From NCBI RefSeq assembly GCF_006345805.1, contig NC_042999.1, positions 41,602,001 to 41,666,000 of the forward strand: DNA of 64,000 nucleotides, read 5' to 3'. A program made the position numbers and the translations under genes. Positions 12,769-25,944 of this stretch are shown here, piece after piece. A model generated the notes under the pieces. That model saw nothing but the letters and a program-made list of their open reading frames with translations, was not told the origin of the DNA and did no database searches. This stretch comes from Octopus sinensis (Eukaryota). Position 1 is the stretch's first letter. Each line of letters starts with the position of its first letter.

Positions 12769-12950
12769 CAGCAACAACAACAACAACAATAATAATAATG
12801 ATGATGATGATGATGATGATGATAATGATGATGATGATGATGATGATGATGCTGAAGATGATGATGATTATGTTGATGATGATAATAATGATAATAATAA
12901 TAATAATAATAATGATAATAATAATATAATAATAATAATAATAATAATAA
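12420..12950. repeat. Compound (AAT)/(AAC)/(GAT) microsatellite with ~3 higher-order units
   Basis: Recurring anchors AAAAACAGCAAC and ATTATGTTGATG. Confidence 0.9.
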
Positions 12951-13620
12951 TAGACATGACAGTGTCAGCCAGTATTTACACTGGACAATATGTCGGTATT
13001 GTAAAATCAAAACCGCTGACAAATAGTATAAACACCATCCTGAAGCTGTGGCTGAGGGAGAAAATGTGTCGATTTTATGGACACTTCTCCGTACATACCG
13101 ACAAAGCTATAAAAGCTAATAAACTGGATATTATTATAAAAGATCAGATAAAAACGGTGTGTTTATTAATTGACATGAGTATCCCTAGCGGTCACAATAT
13201 AGCGGCGAAAGAATTTGACAAGATCAGTAAATGTAAAGACTTGCTGATAGAAATTGAAAAAAAATGTGGCATCTCAACGCGACTACAGTACCAGTGATTG
13301 TAGGAGCTCTAGGAATGACACAAAAATAGAAAAGGTACTCAAACCTATTTGAAAATGATTCTAGGCTTACGACCCCTACAGGAAGTGCAAAAAATCATTT
13401 TAATTGGAAAGACTCATGTACTGAGAGGAGCATTATCGCTGTGAAAACAACATCCATTCATGAATTTATTTATTTATTAATTTTTTTAATTCATATTTTA
13501 CCTGTGGATTTGCGTGTGGAATCTGGAAATGCACACAATGACCTTCTCTGCCCTAGGTGTACTGAAATCACTCGGCGAGAAATGGAAGAAAATTTGAAGA
13601 AGAAGGAAATAAACAAAACA
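12950..13620 (+). mobile_element. R4/Dong-type 3' fragment (further subfamily)
   Basis: RHDSVSQYLHW..HTDKAIKANKLDIIIKD..LLIDMSIP..PVIVGALG; AAT/AAC flanks. Confidence 0.88.
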
Positions 13621-13656
13621 ACAACAACAACAACAATAATAATAATAATAATAATA

Positions 13657-13689
<33 letters not shown>

Positions 13690-13768
13690 TAATAATAATA
13701 ACAACAACAACAACAGCATTAACCATAATAATTATAGAAATAATAATGATAATGATAATAATAATCGA

Positions 13769-13938
13769 TTTCAAATTTTGCCACAAGGTGAACCAGTTGG
13801 GTACTTAATTTATTGACCCCGGAAGGACGAAAGGCAAATTCGAACTCATCGGAATTTGATCTCAGAACGTAGCGACAGTCAAAATAATTGCTAAGCATTT
13901 TGTCCAGCGCGCTAACGATTCTGCCAGCTCGCCATCTT
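13769..13938 (-). mobile_element. SINE family A (degenerate)
   Basis: Reverse complement of family A. Confidence 0.7.
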
Positions 13939-14018
13939 AATGATAACAACAACTAAAACAAAAATAACCACAACAACTACAACAATAACAACAACAACAA
14001 CAACAACAATAATAATAA

Positions 14019-14229
14019 CCCTCTCTACTATAGGCACAAGGCCTGGAATTTGGGGAGGGTGACTAATCGATTACATCGACCCCAGTGCGTGACTGGTACT
14101 TATTTAATCGACCCCGAAAGATGAAATGCAAAGTCGACCTCGGCGGAATTTGAACTCAGAACACAGCGGCAGACGAAATACGGCTACGCATTTCGCCCGG
14201 CGTGCTAACGTTTCTGCCGGCTCACCGCC

Positions 14230-14231
<2 letters not shown>
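14019..14231 (-). mobile_element. SINE family A
   Basis: Reverse complement of head, B-box and central domain. Confidence 0.8.
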
Positions 14232-14274
<43 letters not shown>

Positions 14275-14303
14275 GTAATAATAGTAGTAGTAATAATAAT
14301 AAC

Positions 14304-14352
<49 letters not shown>

Positions 14353-14369
14353 GTAGTAATAATAATAAC

Positions 14370-14422
<53 letters not shown>

Positions 14423-16502
14423 TAATAATAATAATAATTGGCTAGAAAATATGATGGCGGTGATGACCGTGATGATCGTGATACTGGTTATGATGGTGCT
14501 GGTGACGATTGCGACGTTGGTGATGATGATGCTGATGAGGATAATCGTTTGATACGATTCGTCATTACTGTATCAGTGTTTGTTGTTATCTTCCCTTTGC
14601 ATGTTGTTTATGAATAAATTGCGATCACACAAGTACGACAGTCGGTAATGTCTATAGAACTCGGAACCATTGAATTTGGACAGAAAACATTTATGACTGC
14701 ACATATTCTGTGTCTTAAATCTCTATTGCCATAATATCACCATGGAAACTGGCAGAAATACAACTCTTTGAAGCTCCAGTGTTTTGTTTGTTTGTTTCGT
14801 TGTTTTTGGGTTTTTTATATTGTATTTTTTTTTTCTTCTTCTTCCTGCTTGTGAATTGCTATTCTGAATGTTTTTGTTATTTTTCTTTTTTTTTTATATT
14901 TTCTGTTAGCCGTTGCTGCTGATGCTGCTGATGCTGCTGTTGTCACTATGTATTTGTATAACTGATATTGCTGCTGTCATTTTTTTTTTTCTTTTGGTTA
15001 TTGCTAAAGCTGTTGCTGCGGCTGTTGCTGTCACGGCTACTACTGCTACTGCTGCTACTACTACTGCTAATGTTGTTGTTGCTGTTATTTTCGCAATATT
15101 TGTTTATGCCGTCCCAAAATTTTATTATTGGTAAAGTGATGTATGTTGTTGTTGCTGTTGTTGCTGCTGATGATGATGGCTTTCTTGTTATCGTTGTTGT
15201 TGTTGTTGTTGTTGTTGTTATAGTTGTGGCTGCATTTGTTTTCTTTGCATACTTTAGGGTGACGGTGGAGGGGAGCAGTAAATTTGGTGAGAAGAATGAA
15301 ATATTCACTCGTGGTTTCCATAATGTAGTTTTAATATCTCGGGAGATAGTGTACAATCTCTGTTTTGTAAGTAATTGGAATAATCTAACGTTTCTCTGAA
15401 AGGAAAAATATTGCAACTAAAAACACAAAACACAAATGATACAGCATGGAAATATGTTTATGAAAAGAGAAAGCTTAGATAATATAAATTGGGAAGCGTT
15501 TTATTTATTTATTTATTTATTTATTTTAATGTTTTCGTTTAGTTTTCGTAGTAGTTATACACTCCGCATTACTTGCTCCAGCTACGCGTTAGATTAGAGT
15601 AGCGCTACCAACGTGTTAGTTATGACATTGATAGAGATTTATGGCCATAGGTAACATTAAGTTCTACATTGTTTCAGTTCTTATATTTGCATAAAGTTTA
15701 CAACTGTCTGAGTGAAGAAGCCGTTTATATATTTTTGTTTTTCAAATTGCAACTGTATGGTTTGTGTGAAGTAAATTGACTTTAACCATAAATCAAAACC
15801 AAGTCCGATTTTTCCCATTTCGGAGGACAGTACGCTATTTAATTATGTCTGAATGAAGATTCGAGAAAAGAAATATTAAATTAGTTCTTTGAGATTCTGC
15901 AATTTAAGAGTCACATAAATTCACAGAAAAAATTCATTATTGCCGTATGATTGCGATGTTTACTGCTGAAGCAAGTACCTGATTACACATTGGACATAAT
16001 TTGCATGTAAGCACGTACAAGTGATTTTTTTCTCTCCTTTCGTTTGACTAATGCTTCTGGGTGGAATTTTACACACGGAAACTATACATAAGTACGTTGC
16101 ATATCTCTTTAATCATTTCTTTCTTTCAGTCATTGGACTACAGGTATGCTGGGGTGGGCTAAGGCGGACGTCGAGGCGGGCGTCAAAAGGCGGCGAAAGT
16201 GAGCTAAAGCGGGCAAACGCGGGCATCAACGGGCGAGAGAATGCAGCGTCTGAAAGGCGGGTGGTGTGGCGGCGGAAATTGGAGGACGCGCCAGCCGTGT
16301 AGAGTCGATCTTGCACCGGCAAACGGGGAGCTAACCGCTTCCGAAAATTCTAACTGAAAGCGTCGACCCTGCTTCTTATTTTAAAAGCCTAGTTCTTGGT
16401 CTATCGTTCTATTTTGCTAAATCGCTTAAATAACGGGGACGTAAACACACCAAAACCGGTTGTCAAGCGGTAGTGGGTGGCAAACGCAGCCACAGGGACA
16501 TA

Positions 16503-17335
16503 TGCGTGGTGCGATGAATAAATTGTTACCATTTTATATTGTTAATTTCGCGTATGTGTATTGTTTGTCTTTGTTATACATAATGTAGTAAGGTCAGTTG
16601 GGCACCGTCTGTGAGAAAAAACTGTACCGTAGCGCAATTGACTCTACCAGACAATTGGAAACAACACGCTGTACTGTCTGGCATTCGCGCCGGAAGCTCC
16701 AATGCGAACATGTACCAATATGAACATACATCGACAGCGATAAAAGTCAAACATCCAGTCAACATCATGGAATTTGGGGCGATTGCTAGTGATGGCGACG
16801 TTATGCTTCCATTCATCTTCACACACAGGCTCAGACTCCAAAACGGATTCCTACATCAGTTGCCAGGAGGGGTTAGTGCTATCTTGGGTCAAGAGGGTGG
16901 CTGCTGGAAGACCCTGTGTCTGGCAACAGGACTCTGCACCACGCAATAGAAGCAGAAGGACCCAGTCATGGCTGTCAGATAATTTCTGCTACTACATCAC
17001 CCTTAACATCTAACCACTTAAATCCCCAGACTGAAACCCACTTGATTATTATGTGTGGGGCGCAGTTGAGCAAGAGACTAACGATGAACTCAAAACAGGG
17101 ATTATGGTAGCATTGACCAACTTAAACAAGGAGACCGTCCAGAGGAGTTGCATTAGATTCCGAAGCCGGCTGGAGGCCGTGATTGAAGCCAATGGCAATT
17201 TTATTGAATAAGGTTACTCTTTAGTATTTCGAGATATATTTATGTAATTTTGGTAAATATATCTGTTAAAACGAAGTGTCAGTGTTACTTTCATTCTTGC
17301 AAAAATTAGACGACAGTTTATTCGCCGCACCCTGT
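16503..17335 (+). mobile_element. Internally deleted maT/mori-like (DD37D) Tc1/mariner transposon
   Basis: KHPVNIMEFGAIASDG..WQQDSAP..SPD*NPLDYYVWG, with 37 residues between the last two catalytic Asp; degenerate TIR-like ends. Confidence 0.85.
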
Positions 17336-17344
17336 CCATATACG

Positions 17345-17371
17345 GTATATCTATATCTATCTATCTATCTA

Positions 17372-17426
<55 letters not shown>

Positions 17427-17570
17427 ATATATATATATATTTATCTCTATATATATATGTATATATATATATATACATATACATATACATACATATATAT
17501 ATATATATACACATACATACATACATGCATACATATATATATACACATACATACATACATGCATACATAT

Positions 17571-17607
<37 letters not shown>

Positions 17608-17640
17608 TTATTACTGTTCTTATACGATATATATATATCG
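17345..17640. repeat. (TATC)n/(TA)n/(TACA)n microsatellite
   Basis: Directly visible. Confidence 0.95.
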
Positions 17641-18212
17641 TATAAGAACAGTAATAAATATGTTGAACACTTTGTTCTGCTTACAGATTGAAGTTGTAAG
17701 GTGCGTGGTAGCTGAACTCTTCTTTGTCTAAATGTTTTAGCTTTTCCAGATGGTAATTTAAACATGCAATAACGAAACCAAGCAACCCATAATTACTGGT
17801 ATTAATGTGAATTTATATCTATGGTAGAGACGCTACAGGTTTCGAAGCGTTTCGCCATGACTATTGTTTTTACTGACGTTCATAGGTACAAGACTATTAG
17901 TCTCTACTGTTATACATGGTACATGTAGTATGCATGCATTCATATATACCTGGATGGATGGATGGATGGATGGATGGATGTTAGTGTGTGTAAAGTAGTA
18001 AATTGTAGAAATGTGAAAGGTCATTATTCGTCCTGGCTCTACACTATGAGTTCAAATTCAAACAAGGTCAACTGTACCGAGACTTCTTTTGGGGTCAATC
18101 ATTAAAGTACATATACAATACTGGGAGCAAGCTTTCTCTTCTATTTCCTGCTTCTTTGTGGCCATCTCTAGCTCTCTGTCTGTCTCTCTCTCTCTCTCTC
18201 TCTGTCTCTCTG

Positions 18213-18256
<44 letters not shown>

Positions 18257-18650
18257 TCACAAACCATGGAAAATACTCCTTTCCTTGGGGTCTATGAATC
18301 TTAATATATAAAAAATTACACTGAGGAGATTCTTGCCCACAAACAATGGATTTTTATAATTTTATCATGGGTAAGAATCGAATCAATTGCATGCAATTTA
18401 TATATAATATTAATTATTAATCATATTATGTTATGTTATAATAAGAATATAATATAGTATTATGCCAATAAATTTAAAATTTTAATTTTTGAATTAGCAA
18501 TTGTTATATATATATATCTCCATTTGCTATTCATTTTTATAAATTTAATATATACCCATGTGGCTTGTAAGGCTTCCTCTGCAAAATTGGGTTTTTAACA
18601 GTGGAGCCAGTGAAAGATTGGATGTTTTCATCCCTATATTCTATTTCTTG

Positions 18651-18685
<35 letters not shown>

Positions 18686-19299
18686 CGCAATGACAATATT
18701 GATACGGAGATATTTATATGTGTATTTACATAGAGTAAATCCGAGTGTAGCATATTGTAAGTGGACTCAAACCGTTTGAACTATAATAACGTATGAAAAT
18801 AATATATATTGGTTTGTTCGGTTTCACTAATGAGACTCGTCGTTGGAAAATAAAGCCGATAGTATCTGCTGGCCCTTTTTGCTAAATCCATATCTCTTTG
18901 ATCGTTTTCATCATCATTTTTACTACCAGTTTTGTATTTGTTGTAATGTTTTTTCTATTTTCCTCGTTATATTTTATGGCTATCATCTGTGTTTCATATA
19001 TATATACACAGAAAAAAATTCTCACAAATACGCCCAAGCCCACACATACATTCTCATACACACACATACATATATGTATGTGTGTGTGTGTGTTTGTGTA
19101 TGTATGTGCGTGTGTGGTGTGAGCATAGGGATACTAATAATATGATGTTCTAAATCAATAAGCATGTGCTTCAGAATAAAGAGTTAGTCGAGTAGAGAGC
19201 ATAATATGAAATTATATAAATGTCAAATGAAGAGGAAATTGTGGTATGAACTTCATTAGCTTACGGCTTTTTCTGCTATGAGATGCAGTACATTCAAAG

Positions 19300-21300
19300 T
19301 TCAGTGCTTGATCATCAAGTTACAGCTTCAGGGGCGCTTTAAAAATACATGTTTAGAAGTGTCCTTAAAGAAATATCGTCAGATGGGGTGCATGTGGCCA
19401 AAAGAAAGAATTTCAAGAGCGTGGAGATAATTTTCAAAAGCGAAGCCCTTACACTCAAGCATTCCATTGTTTCCATACCTAACATGGAATTGGTCCTTTA
19501 CCCACAATTTTAAGGAGATTGAAGCGGCGTATTAAAATAGAACAAAGTTCCCCCAGGGATGGATATTTGGTAGAAATTTGCCAGTGTTGTCTTTGAGGTC
19601 GGCAACATTGTCCTTGACGTAAAACGAAATGAGCGGGAGATTTATCGTGGGACTAAACCGGAGATCTTCTAACTGATGGAAACGGAAAGAATGATATCCA
19701 TCGCTCGACCGAGAAGAGTGGCGTGTTTAAATTAAAGGGACAAGGACAAGATGCCACCATAAGGCTGCGAGCTGGCAGAATCGTTAGCACGCCGGGCGAA
19801 ATGCTTAGCGGTATTTCGTCTGCCGCTACGTTCTGAGTTCAAATTCCGCCGAGGTCGACTTTACCTTTCATCCTTTTCGGCGTCGATAATTTAAGTACCA
19901 GTTACGCACTGGGGTCGATATAATCGACTTAATCCGTTTGTCTGTTCTTGTTTGTCCTCTCTGTGTTTAGCCCCTTGTGGGTAGTAAAGAAATAGGTATT
20001 TCATCTGTCTTTATGTTCTGAGTTCAAATTCCGCCGAAGTTAACTTTGCCTTTCATCCTTTTCGGCGTCGATAAATTAAGTACCAGTTACGCACTGGGGT
20101 CGATGTAATCGACTTAATCCCTTTGTTTGTCCTTGTTTGTCCTCTCTATGTTTATCCCCCTGTGGGCAATAAAGATATAAGATACCACCAGTGTGAATCT
20201 GAAAACATCTTAAGACTTCTTTTGTCGGTAAGATAATCAGGAGAGGAGGTTTCTATACATGCCGACACCAATACCCCAACATTGCCGCTTACTTCATTAA
20301 CTACTACAGTGAAGAGAGCAAGGCAAAGACCAGTAGCACCAGCCCCATCAACAGTAGCCATAGCAAAAGCAATAACACAACGACAGGTAGCAATAGCAGC
20401 AGCAAGACAAACAATTGCAGTTACGACAACAATGACGATAGCAGCAGTGGCAGAAGTTCAGGAAAGGCAGCGTGACTCTAGCAACATCTAGAACTCCTCG
20501 CCCCCAGGAAATATTTAAAACCTAATTCGTTTTCCTTTCACTTTCTTCTCTCAAATTTATATCTTTTAGACACGAACACAGACACACACGAAAACAAACC
20601 ACCTCCTATACGCGAATCCGTTTTTGCTAACACGGAATCCTTAATTTGTGAGGAGGAGGGAAAAACAAGAAAATCAAAGAAAGAAAAAAGGACAATAAAA
20701 GATTTCAAATAAACTACACTTTCGTGAAAGATACTATCAGAATCGTTACAATATTACCGAAATCTCACCCACAGAAAACAGACAAATCCACTACTCCGTC
20801 ACCAACAACAACACCCGCCTGCACTAAAAGAAAATACACAGGAAGAGCACCAACTGAGACACAGAAGTCCAACAACATCAAAAGATACCTACCCCAAACT
20901 TTATACTGATAGCGCTCTCCAAATCAAAAACGGATGTCCTTTATCGTAATACAAATGTAGAAACAGAAAGAGAGGTCTTCAGAACCATGATTTTCAAGCT
21001 GCTACGAAATTTGAAATAAAAAAGGTTTTACTTTTGGACCTACAAAAAACGAATGAGGGATAATTTCCTCAGTGACGTGAGAAGCCCCAGTGCAAATACC
21101 AGGATTATGTTCCTAAATGACTTCCCAAAGGAACCATAAAATTTCGTGGAGGCCAAAATAATCGGCCTCCAGAACGACCCGCTTCTTTTTCTCCACCATC
21201 TTGTCTTCCCTCGCGGTAGCTCTAACACTGGTGTCTATAAATGCACCTGGTTATGGTTACTGTGGACGCAGAGTCACCTTCTCAATGTCCAGGTTTAGAG
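19300..21300 (+). mobile_element. Putative degraded LINE 5'-UTR/ORF1-like remnants interrupted by a SINE
   Basis: Stop-riddled coding-like stretches (VPPGMDIW..FEVGNIVLDVKRNEREIYRG; TTPSPTTTPACTKRKYTGRAPTETQK..KRYLPQTLY) upstream of a Tx1 ORF2 remnant. Family not firmly recognised. Confidence 0.3.
19761..20184 (+). mobile_element. SINE family A, dimeric copy
   Basis: Full unit, then a second unit starting at GGTATTTCATCTG (~19993). Confidence 0.88.
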
Positions 21301-21479
21301 GTGATTGCCCTTGCCAAGACAAGGATTTCTGACACCTGCCTCTTAGCGCCCACTTTTAATAAGTTTTGAATCTGCGTATCTTTTTCTCGGCCTGGAATAG
21401 AATGCAGGTTGCCGCACAGTTTTAGAAAGACTGAACTTCGAGATTTTTGACAGCTCCAGCTGATTTCCTTGAATGTTTC

Positions 21480-22127
21480 ATAATCTGGGATGAGTGATGG
21501 ATTCCTCACTTTGAACCAGAGACAGTACATTCAGTGTCTCTTTCAGTTCAATCAGTGGAAACACTCTTCCTCGCCTGTTTCAAAGGGAGTCAAGGTCATT
21601 TCAGCTATAAGGAAGGTGGCAGCCTGTTTATCGGGTGCAAAAGGCATTGTGTATATTGAGTATCTTCTAAATGCTGCATCATAAAAGGAGAGTACTACGC
21701 CAAATTGTTGAGGCAGTTACAAAAGACTAAACACATCAAATGCCCAAGAAAACTGAAGGAAGTGGTATTATTTCATCAATACAGTGCCCCAGTACATATG
21801 TCCTTGAGTTCAAAGACTGCTGTGCCTGACTGTGACTTTGAATTGGTCGATCACCCTCCTTATGTTCTTCTGATTTGGCCTTATCTGACTATCAGCTGCT
21901 CCACTTAGATGTGAAGAAGTATCGCAATGATGGAGTCATATCTGCTTTTGAGATTTTTACCAAAAGTATGAAAGGTTCTTCACCAATAGGATCGAAGCAT
22001 TGTTAATCGAGGCATTGCAACGGTAACAGAATTGTGAAGATTGCAAGGATGACTATGTTGGAAAATAAACCTCTTTTGTCACATTCTGTATCTTAGTCAA
22101 TCTGAACTTTACAGCCGGCCTTCGTGT
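21480..22127 (+). mobile_element. Mariner (DD34D) transposase remnant
   Basis: DE*WIPHFEPET; QWKHSSSP; GIVYIEYL; YYAKLLRQL; LFHQYSAPVH; HPPY..DLALSD. Confidence 0.88.
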
Positions 22128-22419
22128 TTAATCAGGAGTTATTGTGGGCAATCTTCGATTGATGTAGTGTTAACCCTGGAAAGATCTATTAGAGACGAGT
22201 AGATCAGGTTTCTCAAAGAAATAGTGAGAGTAAAGTTTAGAATAGAAAGAGATTTATTTTGTAACATATAAGTCACGCTTAGAAAAAGCACAGTGACTGA
22301 CGTCACTTAGCCAATTTTTCAAAGTAAAGCACGTAGGTTGTATTGCTGGAGTTATGGAACGTGCTCTAAGACATGAAGTAACAAAAGACGTTCGATGATC
22401 TCAGAGGTATAATAAGGTA

Positions 22420-23400
22420 ACAAAGACATTTACGGCCTTTGACGGGTACAGGTTTGCAGACTTCAAGCATATTTGGCTGCTGTCCTCCAGGCGGTTGCTT
22501 TGGAGCCCAACTTCAGAAGCTGAATCGCTGATGTGTACAGTGTCATTTGCTCGATGGTCGTGCCCCCTTCCTCCTTATGTATGTGCTGACTTTAATCAAT
22601 ACTGTAGATATGGGAGGCTTCGAGGGGTATCGCTCAACAATTAACCTACAAAGGATAATCTTGCATATGCTTGCAACTTCAATTAATAGCGTCGGACTCC
22701 AAACACATGAAAATGTTGGCATTACTGTAAGCACAATACGAAGTGGTAACAGGAGAAAAATTAACTAGCAGATCAACACCTAGAGACGCAGGACCACGTT
22801 ATCCAACAATATGTGGTAATTCTGCAGTGTAGTTTGTACACAGGGTATCTTCAGGTACGGCAGTGCGGACAATTTATAGAGCAGTGGTGATGGACAAGAT
22901 CTACGATATGTTTGGCGAAATTCTGTGCATCAATTAAATTCAACTGGCAGGTCTTTTTGAAAGGAGTTTGAGGTCTGGGAGCATGGAAAACTTCCAGAAA
23001 TCGCTGGTTTGGCTGTGCTACCTGGGTGAGAGAGATTGCGATTCCGAGATAAATTCTAAAGACAAGTTAATGTCGTAACCCGAGATTTCAGCAGAGCGAC
23101 AAAGCCGTCTTTCTCATGCTTGCATAGTAATTCGAAGATTTCTGACTTGAAGTTAAGTTGCATAGCTATTATCACATATATGATGGAACCGGCTATCAAC
23201 CAATTTCGTACCTCAATGCCTTCCAGGTTTCTTCTGTTTCATGACTGTTGACAACAGGACATGTGATGGACGAGACTGAAACAACTAAATTTAGACATTG
23301 CTTTCTCACCAAGCATTCAACGAATTTTTCAAGTTCCAGATGAAAAAGAAAGGCGAGGGTTGTGACGGAGGTAATGCTCCCGTTGAACTTGTTAAAAGGT
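22420..23400 (+). mobile_element. Old, internally deleted L1/Tx1 ORF2 remnant (RT to C-terminus)
   Basis: AFD..YLAAVLQAV..; IYRAVVMDKIYD..MENFQKSLVWLCY aligns by eye with FYRGLVEGRYDD..MDNFQRSLAWQCY of the 60-64 kb element. Confidence 0.7.
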
Positions 23401-23504
23401 AGGTGAATGTAGCAAGGAATGGCTGGTTGCCTCAGTATTCCTTTTGAGCAGGGTAACTTGGAATCTAGGGGTATTCATTGTCACCCTTGGGTGATATTTT
23501 CTTC

Positions 23505-23872
23505 TTATTACTCTTTTTATTATTTTACTTGTTTCAGTCATTTTGACTGTGGCCATGCTGGAGCACCGCCCTTAGTCGAGCAAATCTTTGTAAGCCTAGC
23601 ACTTATTCTATCGGTCTGTTTTGCTGAACCACTAAGTTACGGGGACAAAAACAAACCAGCATCGGTTGTCAAGCGATGTTGGGAGGGGGATAAACAGACA
23701 CACAAACATATACACACACATACATATAAATATATACATATATATACGACGGGCTTCTTTTAGATTCCGTCTACCAAATCCGCTCACAAGGCTTTGGTCG
23801 GCCCGAAACTATAGTAGCAAACATTTGCCCAAGATGCCACGCAGTGGGACTGAACCCGGAACCATGTGATTT
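23505..23872 (-). mobile_element. SINE family B (CORE-like), head truncated
   Basis: Reverse complement of GGCAAxTGT..CCAAAGCCTTGTGAGxGGATTTGGTAGACGGAA; tail GACTGAAACAAGTAAAA. Confidence 0.85.
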
Positions 23873-24039
23873 GTCTATTAATTTCATTTGCTCCTAAGTG
23901 TTTATATATATATATATAATTTCACACGCATCTTTGTCTTTTCATATTCTGTAAATTTTTTTTCACCTCTCGGGCCAATAAAGAAATTATAACCATATAT
24001 GCGCGAAACGGTGATCCTATATCAGGATTTACAGTGCAT

Positions 24040-24356
24040 AACCTTGTAGGTGGGGCCCAGTTAGAAATTTCCTCATGCCGATTAGCGCATCGCACTCAAA
24101 AGGTCCCTGAATAAGGGTTGTTTAAGGATATTAAACGAAACACCCAGTACTTCTGCAGAGATGCACGTACCGTCAGTCACTAAGGGACATATACAACTTG
24201 TTAAGAGCAAATAACTGACTAGCAAATCTGTGGTATTGAGCAGAATATTTTCTGTAACCAACCTTTTATACCAAGACCAAAGAATGAACATGATAACACT
24301 TCCAATCAGTTACGATGAGAAGCCATGAGAGCCAGTGGCTAGTACTGCATCGGCGC

Positions 24357-24360
<4 letters not shown>
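24040..24360 (-). mobile_element. Second (partial) copy of the (AAT)n-associated non-coding element
   Basis: Reverse complement of part of 10108-10500, abutting (ATT)n at 24358. Confidence 0.75.
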
Positions 24361-24396
<36 letters not shown>

Positions 24397-25377
24397 GTTG
24401 TTATTGTTGTTGTTGTTGTTATTGTTCTTTCCCTCGGGTATCTCTTGTACCTTATATTTTGGTAGACTTGCTTTCAGTGTTATATACATGTTTGTACACG
24501 CACACACACACACTCACTCACACACACACACACATACACACACATATATATACGTATGTAAAGACACACACATATGCGAGCGTACTTGTGATTGCATATA
24601 TTTAGTTGCTTCAGAAAGATAGCAGGAGAGTGTTTAAAGTTTTCATTATAGGTCTACCTGTAAAACGGATTCATGCAACATCGAAACTAAGTTTCCTTTG
24701 AAGAAATTGATAATCATTTAGATGTAATCGTTTTCTAACCTTTAACCGCTAGAAGTAAACTCCAAGATCAACCTCGAAGAAACTAGATGAAAATGAACAT
24801 AATTTCATTTACAATTTCATTGAAAGCTTGCAATAAAGAACTGTGTTCGCCAATCACCTCTCTCTCTCAATAGTATTGATATAGGTTTTAGCGCGAATGA
24901 TTTTTAATTTGGATGCCTTAGTCGGAAATGGAATCGTATTGTAACTTGTTAGACACAGTTACGTTATTAGGTCAATATGTCGTTATCGGTTTCATCTAAA
25001 GGTGAATAACTCGTCAGAATTAAACGATTTCCAATTTCTGGAATAGTAACTCAATTTCAAAGACACTAGGTTTCCTATACGGATTTCACAATATTAATTA
25101 AATTCCTTTGAAGAGGTTATTATTGGTAGTTTCAGCCTGTAAAAGCTTTCCGATTGTGAAAGAGGAAAATAAAAGCAGTAGCGACATTTTCTTTTCTATT
25201 ATAGTTAAGGGATATCTGAGTAGTTTGAGTAACATAGGAACACTGTTTAATGAATCTAAGGTATTTCTGTTGAAGTGTTACGAAATCTTCGTTTCGAGAC
25301 GCAAAGAAGTATCATATATATCTCTCTCTTTCTCTTTCTCTCTCTCTCTCGCTCCCCTCCCCCACACATATATATAT

Positions 25378-25545
25378 AGTGGAAATTTACAGAGAAACAA
25401 AGACGAACACAGGTGCACGAACAACAAGCAGGTGTATTGTATTGATGCTCGGAAAAGTGAGGAAGTATTTGACGTTTCGAGCTTACGCTCTTCAACAGAA
25501 ATAAATAAGAGAAAATATACGGAGAGAGAATAAAATAAACTGATC
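25378..25545 (-). mobile_element. Short PLE pLTR-like remnant
   Basis: Sits after a TA/CA tract and contains a hammerhead-like motif; architecture matches 35415-35600 and 53310-53522. Confidence 0.55.
25466..25503 (-). ncRNA. Minimal type-I hammerhead-like motif with an A6U core change
   Basis: UAUUU-CUGUUGA-A-GAGC(GUAA)GCUC-GAAAC-GUC-AAAUA: 5-bp helix I, 4-bp helix II, palindromic ACGU helix III, GUC triplet. Confidence 0.6.
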
Positions 25546-25897
25546 TATACCATCTGAATAACAGTTTTTTAAATTTATTTTTAACTAAACAGTTTGAAAG
25601 TTCGAATAATGGTAGAATTTCTCACGTAGAAGACGGTTTATTCTGAATGTTTTTGACAAAATTTCCTATTTTACAAGTTATTTCGTGTTAAAGATGTCGT
25701 ATCGGGATAATTTCAACCAATTATATGTTACCATTCACAATCATCTTATATTTTATCTACGCATGCGCACAAGTGATATGAACAAATCCACACATACACA
25801 AGCATACGTACAGAAATGCAGACATATAAAAATATACTTATATGTGCCAATATGTCTAGATTTGCTGATATATATCTATATTCAAATATAAACATAA

Positions 25898-25944
<47 letters not shown>

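Noticed and set aside
6581-15416. Poly-I/N/M/D/L/Y/H ORFs (e.g. 12252-13022, 8979-9413)
   Set aside because: They are trinucleotide-repeat translations; only their Dong-derived parts are meaningful.
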